Origin: Cirrosporium novae-zelandiae
Taxonomy: Eukaryota
Direction: 5' to 3'
Length of the DNA: 64,000 nt
Assembly: GCA_026023565.1 (NCBI GenBank)
Contig: JAPETS010000003.1
Span: 1,178,001 to 1,242,000 of the forward strand
Part shown: one piece after another, positions 12,678 through 23,250 of the stretch
How positions within the stretch are numbered: the first letter of the stretch is position 1
How the letters are laid out: each line of letters starts with the position of its first letter
Position numbers and translations under genes: made by a program
The notes under the pieces: generated by a model
What the model saw: the letters and a program-made list of their open reading frames with translations, nothing else
Told to the model about the DNA's origin: nothing
Database searches by the model: none

Positions 12678-13042
12678 ATGGGTCAAGGACAATCTACCCC
12701 CGCTGCACAACCCATGTCTTGTCCAGGCAAGCTCATCCCTCATTCCCGCATCTCCGCCCATGGTTTACTAACCTTATATCCGTAGTTCCCGCCGCTGGTA
12801 ATCAAGCGAAGCCCGTTGATGATGCAGCATCAAAGCCAAGGGTTAGCAACACGTCGCCTCCAGCTTCCGATATATAACTGACATTTTTGGGCGTCCGGTA
12901 GCCATGCTGCGTATGCAAAGATGAGAAAGCTTCCCGAGACGAGTGTATGCTGTTTGCGAAAACCGATTCAGCTCAGGAAGAATGCCAGAGCTTGGTAGAA
13001 AAATACAAAGTTTGCATGGCAGGCTATGGCTTCAAGATATAG
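12678..13042 (+). CDS. COX17: Cytochrome c oxidase copper chaperone, 81 aa, 3 exons (12678-12726, 12786-12841, 12902-13042); absent from ORF track
   Basis: Spliced product MGQGQSTP...KPRPCCVCKDEKASRDECMLF...EECQSLVEKYKVCMAGYGFKI has the CCxC and twin Cx9C signature. Exon lengths sum in frame (49+56+141 nt). Confidence 0.93.
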
Positions 13043-13326
13043 CTGTATAAAAGAAAAGGCATTGCTCCTGCCGGCTTTGCAAGGCGATATTGGCATTCTA
13101 CGGCATTTCACGGCGTATAGTTGATACCATGGAATCAGGACATGACCACAAAGATGTACATTAGTCTACGACAAGTCTTGGTCAATTGAACTTCTCCACT
13201 CAAACGATATAATATGTATTCTAAATCCATAAGCATTGAATGCCACCTACTTTTGGGGGTATCGCGGTCAACTAAAAGTAAGAAAAACGAAACTGCTCTG
13301 ATCCCAGGCCCATGAACCGACCATAC

Positions 13327-15204
13327 CTAAGCCGTCTTCGCTTTGTCCTTTTTAGGCGAACCCTTTTTCCCCGTAGTAGTTGTGATCAATCCCCAGGTAC
13401 ACCATAGATAACATAACCCAAAACCACCAGCCCCTATCAAAACATTCAAAACGACCCATAGGTCGGGCTTTCCTTCTGGTGTCTGAACAAAACCTTCGAG
13501 GACATGCCATGCAACCATCACAATATAGAATCCTAGATGTATGAGTTTCGTCAGAATCCTCATACCTTGCCCCGCCGGCTGGGTGCCAAAATAGGCAGAG
13601 AAAGAAGTAGGAGGTAAGCCCATAAGGTAGGTCCACAACAATAGCAAGACAAAATATGGAACTCTAAGCTCATCACGTTTTAATAGCGGAAACATTGTCC
13701 AGGTTCCTAGGGCATTTGCGAAACCTACCCAGGCCCGCTTCGGTGCATTCAAACCGTGATGGCTGGCCAGGAGGAGGGTCATCGGTAAAAGTGGCAATAA
13801 AACACTCTTTTCGTGGACCTGGAATGAAAAAAGGAAGAAGCCCCAAGCAGTACTAGAGAATGCCCATGGGAGTACCTCCTTACGGGGACAGAAAAGAGTT
13901 ATGAGGAGGGAAGGAGTAATTGACGCGAGAGTTGCTAAAAGCGAATATCGCTGCAACATTGCAACTGGATATCGATGGAGTTTATGAAAAGTGTGGATAG
14001 CACACCAGAAATTGGCCACTTTATCTTCAAAGAGACCACGAGCAAACGGAAAGATTCGATGGATTGATTGGCTCATCTCCAAGATAAGAGGATAAGACCA
14101 GTTATCTTTGGGGATTTCGTATGGTATTGCGTCCAGAAAAGACGGAGCCGAAAAATCGAAGGAAATGCCACGAGATTCGTCATATAGGACACCGAGAATG
14201 AACGGTGCATAGATGATGGCGAATGAAAGCACCGTAATCAGTGAAATCAGAACAAGGCTGAATGGCCTTGGCCTTGGGAAAAGACAACTCCCAAGCAAGT
14301 AAGCGAATATTGCTGGAGCGTAGTATAATGCCATTTGTTTGAAGCCAAGAGCACCCACAAAGAATGCACATGCCCAAAGTCGTCGATCCGCAAATATACT
14401 GGAAAGACATGCAACAATGAGACCAAGCATCACCGTATTATATTGAAAGTGAGCATGGTCAATAAGCATCGTAGCCGGCTGCATGAGAATTGCTACAAGG
14501 GCAATGGTACCCTCCCAGAGGTTAACAGATTGGTTTCTAGCATAACGGCGGAGGAATATGACCACGGATGGAATATAAATAAGATACTCGGAGATGAGGA
14601 CGGTGGCCCGCATGTAAACCTTTAGGTGAGGCGTTTCTATGGCACGGGAGTTATCTAATTCGAACCAGATAGGATCAATTATCGAGCCTCTAAGTATTTA
14701 TTAGTTAGCAAGCAATCCTGTGCAACATATTAAATAGAGAGCGTAATATACATTTTGCCCAGAATCCAGCTATGGTATGCAGTGAGGGGAGGATAGTCTA
14801 GACCCCACCACTCCAAGTCATAAAAATACCACTGTGCCACGGGCAATTTCGTTGTGATCTCCATCCAATGCCTTTGGGCTTCAAAGTCTCCATGCATAGG
14901 CGGCGATTGGAAACCTAGAACTAATTAGCAAGGTCCAAGGAGAAGAGAAAGAGGGTATACCAGAAAATCCCCAAAGACCGACCGCCCACCTGAAAAGCCC
15001 CACTACCATGAGAATGAGAGGTAAAGTCACCCATTGCGAAGTGCTTTTCCTTGCTGGCCATAGGAAGGATACCAAAGGAAAGGCTGGTTGGGGTAAGCTC
15101 GAGGCCGAATGGGCAAAAACCGCTTCATGATTTCCAGTAGATGGCAAGACAGTGCCAATCTTTCTTCGCTTCCTAGGGCGATGGAGGGAAGAAGGTGGAG
15201 GCAT
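13327..15204 (-). CDS. ALG6: Dol-P-Glc:Man9GlcNAc2-PP-Dol alpha-1,3-glucosyltransferase
   Basis: Spliced exons give [64 protein letters not shown] and [11 protein letters not shown]. Confidence 0.95.
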
Positions 15205-15746
15205 TTTTATTTATTTATTACAATTGAATATAAATATGATTGAACTTAAACACTGTTAGCATCTTCAATTTGGAATGAACGACCTGGCTAGAAAGTAAGT
15301 AAAGGGAAAAAGTCCAACCGTTAAGAAGGGTGGGATTTGTGATTAATATCAATCAATATTGGTGATGAAAAGCCAGCTGTTGATTATACTTACTCGAGTA
15401 AGTGGGACCTATGGAGGGACCTGAAGCTTGGATGCCTGGCACCGGAGCTTGGCTTTCTTGAAAGCCGAATGCAACAAATCTAAGGGTTTTAATTACTACT
15501 GTGTATCAAAGAAGCTAGCACTGATACACATAGGTAATTTCTCAACCATTATCAATAACAACGAAACGAATTCAAACAAAAATATATCAATTACAAACAA
15601 CCAAAATGCTAAACAGACTTTTAAAAAGATTCATACCTTCTTAAACCAAATATTCTACAAGTGAAGAATCGAAAAGTACTATTTGGACCTTGCAGTATTG
15701 TGTATTGTAAGCACGGCAGAATTAAACTTCAATGCGACGCTAGGAG

Positions 15747-15795
15747 GCGGTGAGAAAATTTCCCTCCAAGTGCCAAAGCGAAAAAAAAAAGTTTC
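15747..15795 (+). promoter_or_regulatory. PAC/RRPE-like and poly(dA) elements upstream of NSR1
   Basis: GCGGTGAG-AAAATTT at 15747-15761 resembles PAC (GCGATGAG) and RRPE (AAAWTTT), followed by GCG-A10-GTTT. Such motifs are typical of ribosome-biogenesis promoters. Confidence 0.4.
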
Positions 15796-15901
15796 CTAGA
15801 GCTACTCCAGCCATTTCTTTTCCTCTATTTATTCAACATCTGGCTGCTACTCTCTTTTACGAAAGCATCAACCATATTTTTTCTCTTACAGACTTCTGCC
15901 T

Positions 15902-16312
15902 GTGAGACCTCATTATCAACTGTTTCTTTGTGGGGTATTGACTTAACTACTGTGGGCTTTGACTCGAGGATATTCATAGACATTGCTTGTCGTGTCTGTA
16001 TCTAACCTGTGGGCTTGAAGAGCTTACTGTGGGTTGTCCGTCATCAGAGGGATCTTGACTTGAACTTTTGACCGTAGTGTATTACTACTATCGTGAGGTT
16101 TTCCTGTCCGATTTGTGGGATAACACAGAGGGCTTAGAGGGGTCACTGTCCGCTTTTGAGATCTACATAAATTATCAATATCTGTGGGGTAACTACTATC
16201 CCCTTCATCTTCTCATCCCTTTCGAGTTATCACCTAACCGATACCTCAAGCCCCACAGTTATCTTCTCTCAGGCTGGATGAAGAAAAGTTCGCTAACCCA
16301 TCGTTTTCATAG
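15902..16312 (+). other. Putative long 5'-UTR intron of NSR1
   Basis: GTGAGA donor at 15902, GCTAAC branch point 16292-16297 and CATAG acceptor ending 16312, 24 nt before the ATG at 16337. The donor position is inferred. Confidence 0.6.
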
Positions 16313-16336
16313 TGTTACCAATAAAGTTAATTCAAA

Positions 16337-18049
16337 ATGGGAAAGACAAAGGTAGCAAAGGGCAAGTCCAGCCATGGATCCGCCGTTCCTGAGTCTAAGA
16401 AGCATCAAAAGGCCGATGTGAAGGCTGCTGGGGGTATTGTGAAGCCATCTCACTCTGTTAAGACCAAGAGCAAGGAGGTCGCTAAGAAGGTTGCCGAAAA
16501 GGCAGATAAACATGTGAAGAAACATAAGAAGTCCAAGAAAGAGCCAACACCTGAACCTAGCTCCGAGAGCGAGGCTTCAGATGCTAAGATGGGAGATGGT
16601 TCTGCTACTAGTGACAGCTCTTCTGACTCTGAGGTTGAGGTGAAGAAGGTTGCTCCTAAAGCAAACGGCAAGGTAAGTGGAAAAACCAATGGCAAGACCA
16701 ATGGAAAGGCCAAGAAGGAAAGCGAATCTGAATCTTCGGAATCATCTTCATCAGAATCTGAGTCTGAAGTCGAAGCCAAGAAACCAGAGGTGAAAACAAA
16801 TGGAACTGTGAAAGCAAAGAAGGAGGAGTCTTCTGATTCCGATTCCGACTCAGAATCCGAGAAGGAAACAGCTAAGCCCAAGGGAGCTACCAAGAAAGCA
16901 GAGCCCAAGAAGGCTGATGCAAAGAAGGCTGACTCGTCCGACGAAGACTCCAGTGAGTCCGAGGAGTCCGAAGATGAGAAACCAAAGAAGGATACTGCAA
17001 CAAAGTCGGCTAAGAAGGTATGCTCTAAATAGACATTCATCCATCCTTAATCCAAGCTAACTTTGCATCAAGGACTCTGCTTCTTCTGATGAAGATGAGG
17101 ATTCGGACAGCTCCTCTAATAGTGATTCCGATGCCTCAGAATCAGGAAGCGAGAAGGAGGCTGCACCAAAGAAGCGTAAGGCGGAGGAAGCCCCCGAGCC
17201 AACTTCCAAGAAAGCCAAGACCGAGACCGCTGTTGAAGATACTGGAGCAAAGAACTTATTCGTTGGCAATCTCTCATGGAATATTGATGAGGAATGGTTA
17301 GCTCGTGAGTTTGAAGAATTTGGTGAACTTACTGGGACCCGCATCATCACAGACAGGGCCAGTGGCCGATCAAAAGGGTCAGTCACGTGCTTCCGCCGTT
17401 TTAGGGCTTTAACTAACAGGCACTTAGTTTTGGATATGTTGAATTTGCCAACTCTGCTGATGCTGCTAAGGCTCTTGCGGCCAAGAAGGGCACCGATATT
17501 GACGGGCGTCCAGTGAACCTTGACTTCTCTACTCCTAAGCAAGACAATGGTGGGAGAGAACGCACCAATTCTCGTGCTAACCAATTCGGTGATCAAACCA
17601 GTCCCGAGAGTGATACCCTCTTCCTTGGAAATCTATCGTTCGAGGCTACAGAGGATATGGTCAGCGAACAGTTTGGTCAATATGGAAGCGTTGTTGGTAT
17701 TAGGTTGCCTACAGATAGAGAGACCGGCCAACCTAAGGGTTTCGGTTACGTTCAATTCTCGTCGATAGATGAAGCAAAGGAGGCCTTGAACAATTTGAGA
17801 GGAGCTACCATCGGTGGTCGTCCAGTCCGACTTGACTTTTCAACCCCTCGCCAGAACCAAGACGGTGGCGACGGAGGTCATGGTGGTCGTGGAGGTGGAC
17901 GTGGCGGCCGTGGTGGGCGCGGTGGGCGCGGCGGGTTTGGAAGCTTCGGCGGACGAGGCGGCGGCCGCGGTGGAGCTCGTGGTGGCCGTGGAGGCTCTAC
18001 CAACCGTGGAGGCTTTGGTGACTTCAAGGGAAAGAAGATCACCTTTTAG
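16337..18049 (+). CDS. NSR1: Nucleolin homologue (Nsr1/gar2): K/S/E-rich N-terminus, two RRMs, RGG tail; 3 coding exons
   Basis: RRM1 has NLFVGNLSW and RSKG|FGYVEF; RRM2 has LFLGNLSF and PKGFGYVQF; C-terminal RGG repeats end in FKGKKITF. Introns 17018-17072 and ~17378-17428. Confidence 0.95.
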
Positions 18050-20020
18050 ATGTTCAAAACACAGTGAGTTAGTCGAGGTTTGTGCCGTGGAGTCGTTCTC
18101 GCTTGATAATGCTGTAGCATAATGGGAGGAGGCGAGATTTTTCAAGAAAGTCTATGCTATCACCTGCTTGGCTAGTGTATTGGCGTTTGCTACGACGATA
18201 ATGATACGGTCTAACAAAAGTTATTTTCTTGTTTTCCTGTTCAGCTCTAGGCTAACCATTGTATGATACGAGATGAACCATTAAGGGTCTCGAGTTTATC
18301 AGTATTTTCCTCGTTATGAATCAAACGTGCTATCAACTCTACTACTTTTCTAGACTTGTTCTATTGGAATTATACATTAAAACCGCATAACCTCCTTGAT
18401 ATGATGAGTGTTGATGGAATAGATAAAGAGGAATAGCATCTCTTAACGTGAGCTTGATGGGTGGAAGGAGAGTAACTAGGTGGGAGTCACGTGGGAGTTA
18501 ATCATATATTTGTTAACTTAAAGTATTCTGGGGCTTGCCTTCGGTGAGCCTTTCTCTGCGAGTAGATCCTAGGTCGGATTTCCTCGTGCCGATTATGGAG
18601 GAGCTTTCACGTAACAAACTTGAAGTAGATGGATATAAAAATTATATTCAAAGTCTTGACTTATAGTTTAGGTAGATTCAACAATGTAGAACGCTTGTTA
18701 ATGGTTTAGAGTATTGTTTCAGCAATGTTCCAGTACGATATGACTAGATTTTGGTTTCGATAAAAGTATCCACAATTGTAACCTCCGGTAATGCGGTAGA
18801 CGAATAGAAAAGAGCTCAGACAACAAACAGGAAAGCTTGGCTAAAGTAAACGGGAATTAATGGAAGTGTAGATGATTGCGTGAGAGATGGTATCAGCAGA
18901 CAGGCTGACAGGTAGAACAGGATATCAGGCACCATAGGGGGATAATCGGGACCATTATATTGGGTAAATAGAAGAGATACTGGGATGGAATACTTCGAAT
19001 GTAGAAGAAAGTGGATATTTGTATCAGACAAACAAAGGGCAAGAGGATACACCGGCTGTGTCGATGGAGTGACTATGATATAACTGTAGAGTATCAAGTA
19101 CACAGTGACTACGAGACAATCTAGACTTGGCTTAAAACAAGGGAGACTTGGGTTTATTTGGCATTGTTTGGCTACCGATTTTAGGCGGAAGGTACCGATA
19201 AAGTGCCGAGTGAAGCGCTTCAATGGTTGAGGATTGAGGGGGGTGGGGGGCAAGCTCGGGGGGGGCTTCGGTGGGCTGCTGTAGGCTTTGGCGGGTGGGC
19301 GGTTGGTGACAGCTGCGAGGTTCAGACAGTACCTAGGTAGTTAGTCGTTGCGTAATATTAAAACAAGCAAGGAGTCATCATCGTTCATGGTTAGTATTTG
19401 AATTTAATATGAATTTACCCAAGGAGCTCCTCTTGGTTTGGTGGTTTAAGATGACGTTTGACCCCTTTAGTCATTTCACTGATCATCGAGTGGATGTTTT
19501 TGATGATCAACTCATCTGACCCCCAATCCTATCCTTACACTAAAATCTACTCCAACTACAAAATATCCAATCTACCTTTAGGGTACTTTAGACATCCAAA
19601 TTCATCATCGCCATTAATTACTCTCAATCCTCCTCTTTCCTTACCTTTGAAACCTCAAAACCATCCTCGAGGTCTAGTCACAGCTCCGCCGCCTTCCTCT
19701 GATCTTCTCCATCCTTTAGTAGTCAGGTCCCCCAGTTTGCTGCCTGCCAACATATCCTCAAATCAATTCCTCGTTCAAGCTCCCAAAACGACCCACTTCA
19801 ATAATCAATACCCCTCCTGTTGCTGTCTCATTCGCCTTTCTCGCCCGATTTTGCCATATATCGTTTGAAGAGACTGGGATTTATTTCCATTATCTACCCC
19901 TTTATCGCAACCAGAGTAGCTCATCCATAGTTTAACATCATGCAACCAACACCTGGGGCCTATGATCCAACAAGGGAAAACAGATCGCAGAACTTTCATC
20001 AGCGATCACAAGGTCAAAAT

Positions 20021-21345
20021 ATGATAAACCGAACTGCAGCCGACCCCGCCAGGGGGAGATCAGATGGTATGCTCCCACCATATCGCTGAATGTCATTATA
20101 CTCGGTTCCCCGCGCCTGTACCTCTATCTCTCATTCATCATCTTTCTTAGTCTATTGAAAATGTACTCATTTTTTCATTTATTTACAGATTCTTGGGTCG
20201 AAGTATCTTCGCGACCGTCATCTTCATCGCTCTCGTCAGCTTATACCGACGAAATTGTTACAACCGGTCTAACAGTCCAACATGATTCCAACGCGCGACG
20301 AAAGAGACGACCTCGAAATAACATACAGGCACGGCGTCGAAGGCATAGTTTTACAAGCAGTAGCCAGGAAGAATATGACGAAAGCGAAAGCGAATCTGAT
20401 CGAGTTCTAACCAGCTCAACGGAAGGACTTCTATCTCGAAATGGTGCAAGTCCAACTCTTGCACTATCTCCACCGTCGGACGATGGGTCTTACGAAGAAG
20501 ACGATGAAGATGATGATGGCTCTACGGCCTTAGGCATTCGATCTCCCACGCCAGCAGCATTTACACCTCAGCCCAATGCCTTCTCCCACCCTCCCTCGTC
20601 CCAGACTCAAAGAGCCGTATCCAGTGCTCCTGGTTCTCAGCTTAATCTACCCACATCTCGTCAAACAACCACAGTTCAACAACACCATCAAAGGGCTGGC
20701 TCTTATCCTCCACGCCAACAACACACTCCCTACAACATAATTGCTCCAAACCACCAAGTCGATCACGACGCCGCACTGCGTGCCAGCCTCTCAACCCTTC
20801 TTTCTTGTGCTGCTGCAGCCCGAGGCCTTCCAAAATCAGCCCAGCCGCAATCTTCTCGTATGAATGTACCGGGCTCCAATAGAATAGAGCCTACAACGCT
20901 CCAGATGGTCCCCGAATCAGTTTTGTTAGGCGAAGAGCCCTCAACCCGGCGTAAGCCTTCCCTCAAAAATACGCCCTCAACTAGCAGTGTTCCTTCATCC
21001 CATCTATCCCGTAACTCAGATGACAAACACAAACGCAAAGCCTCATCCAGTAAGGATCGTTCGCGTGCGTCCAAGAAAACAAGACGTGGCGTGTTGCTTG
21101 GATCTGATGTAGCAGAAACTGTCAGCCCCACACTTATGACATGGATCCTTTCAGCAGGTGTTGTTGTGTTGTTTAGTGCTATCAGCTTCTCGGCTGGTTA
21201 CGTTATGGGAAAAGAGGTTGGGAAAGCAGAAGCCGAGGCAATGGGTTTGGGGGGTGCAGCCGATGGAGGGGTGAGTTGCGGACGAGACAGCGTAAGAAGG
21301 TTGAGGTTTGGGAATGGGAGAGGCGTTGCTGGTGTTGTTGGTTAA
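20021..21345 (+). CDS. Tail-anchored, largely disordered fungal protein with an N-terminal AIM/LIR-like motif (SWVEV); exons 20021-20066 and 20189-21345
   Basis: ATG 20021, GTATGC donor at 20067 and TTACAG acceptor at 20188 give MINRTAADPARGRSDDSWVEVSS... A single hydrophobic segment TWILSAGVVVLFSAISFSAGYVMG lies near the C-terminus. Confidence 0.82.
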
Positions 21346-21762
21346 GTCGAGATTACCTAAAAACGTATTCACCGTTTAACAGAGCTGGTGAGGTGATGCA
21401 TAGGGGGAACAGAGCAGAAGATAATTCTTCAATAATGGTGCGGCAACGCATTTTTCTATTTAAAGCAGGTGATACACCACATCCGACCGAGCTATGATTC
21501 GAATGCTGAACGAAAATCCTGGCCTATTTTCTTCTTCTGGGGGCCCTGAAGGCCGGCGATCAAGAACTCAAGGGATAAGGCAACTGTCAACGAGGGCAAG
21601 ATAAAGGATAGACCACCCAAAAAACGAAAGAGCAAAGCCCATCAGGAACCGGATTATGGAACCACAGAAATGGAAAAAACATTCCTTACATCTATCTCTC
21701 TATCTGGAAATGGGCTATCTAGGTTGGAGTTTGAGGGTCTACTACTGTTCTTCGTTACTTAC

Positions 21763-23150
21763 GACCAGAGCTAGAGCCAAATTGGCGACATATCAGCTAT
21801 TCTATTCTGAAACCCACGTCACTTCCGTTTGAATCTTAGGCCAAAGTCTTATTTGCATTGGGCTCAAACCGGAAGTAGACTGCTGAACTATTTTTGGGTC
21901 ATGTTTTCCTTTTCCTTTTTCTTTCTATCTTCCAAGGGTGTTTTGATTGTTTGGGAGGAGGGGGGGAGAATTCATTCTTATAATCTTCTTCTAAAGAAAT
22001 AGAAGGAAGGAAAACAGAAACAGAAACAGAAACCAAGCATATCTCCAACCAAACAAACTGCATCTATGTGTTTGCTCAGTCGGTTCACTTTGGTGTTCAT
22101 CCATCCTTTTTGCATTTGAATATAGATGGGCGCTGGAAGAACTATTCTTATGATGGTGGGTCTTTTGATGGTGATTTGTAGCTTTTTAGAGATCCTAGGG
22201 AGGGGGAGGGAGAGACCTCGAGGTCGGTTTGATTAGTTACGGATTAGGGGAGTAGGGAATACGATTGACACACTTGCTACTCAGCTACAACAAACATATA
22301 TATATATATATAGAAATGTGAAAACCATGGGGGTTTTTAAATTCCGGGTTCCCTTTTTTGTCGTGTCGTAGTGTAGTTACTTTATTTTGGACTTGGTTAT
22401 TTTATTGGATATATCTAATTAGTAGGAGCAACCGTATGCTAGGATTCAAAACGGGCAGCCTTGAATAATAAATATCCATGTTGATAATTACACAAGCCAT
22501 GAAGCCAAAGAGCTATCTATTATGAAGAATGTGAAATGGGGTTAAAGTATACATCCTCTTTTGAGCTATTTCACCCCCTGACCCTCCCTTGCTTTGTTCT
22601 GATGTATACATGCATGCATGCAGGTTTTTCCCATTTTTTATCCCCAGGAGTATGTTCTGCACACAGCAGCGTGGATGCTATGTATGCATACAACATGCCA
22701 GTATCAAACTTTAATTTATATCCCCTATGAGGCAAGTAAGTACTGTAAAGAATTTTATGTCTGGTCTGTCCCCCCGAGTTTCGACTACAGTAGAGGTGGG
22801 TTACTTGCTTGGGAATAGTATAGATATGTACATGTACAATGTATGCATGCATCCACAGTAGTATGGCTACACCAAGGGTCGCATTATACATACTCGAGTA
22901 TATACATTTATTATAACACATACATACTATTATACATGCATAAATAAATCCTCTACTCATAAAACCCCACTACACACGCACGCAACGCATAAAAAACAAG
23001 GGCACGAACCGCAAGTTTGGGAATTTAGGGTTTTCGGTGGGGGCCGGATCCCGCTTTCGGATTCATCGGTCGGAGAGGGTACCTTCCAGGGACCCTTTCG
23101 TGGACTTGTGGAACCGCGCGGATCGGATTAGATGATTGATGGGTTGAAGA
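21763..23150 (-). ncRNA. Candidate telomerase RNA (TER); 5' end approximate
   Basis: Template-like AAAACCCTAAA (23034-23024); P1-like helix 23044-23036 with 22583-22573; pseudoknot-compatible pairings 23002-22989/22641-22630 and 22984-22961/22629-22611. Long hairpin arms, Sm-like AATTTGG (21783-21777) and GTAAGT (21762-21757). No credible ORF. CR4/5 was not assigned. Confidence 0.6.
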
Positions 23151-23200
23151 ATGGGGTTTTTGAGTTTTGCGTGCGTGTGTGCGCGCTTGTTGGGGGGGGG

Positions 23201-23250
23201 CTGTGCTATGCTGTGCTATGCTGTGCTATGCTGTGCTATGCTGTGCTATA
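23201..23250. repeat. (CTGTGCTATG)x5 tandem repeat, followed by GGGATT and GTTGT short repeats
   Basis: Read directly from the sequence; immediately upstream of the candidate TER on the minus strand. Confidence 0.85.

Noticed and set aside
16450..17596. Long antisense ORFs opposite NSR1 (similar ones oppose RanGAP, ABP1 and the S/T-rich gene)
   Set aside because: Shadow ORFs caused by biased codon composition of the real genes.
21889..21898. Sm-site-like TATTTTTGG on the + strand after a hairpin (snRNA?)
   Set aside because: No U1, U2, U4 or U5 signature nearby. The hairpin is better explained by the minus-strand ncRNA.
23040..23075. Hammerhead-like CCGATGA...GAAA on the minus strand
   Set aside because: The core reads CCGAUGA rather than CUGAUGA and the stem II/III geometry does not fit.
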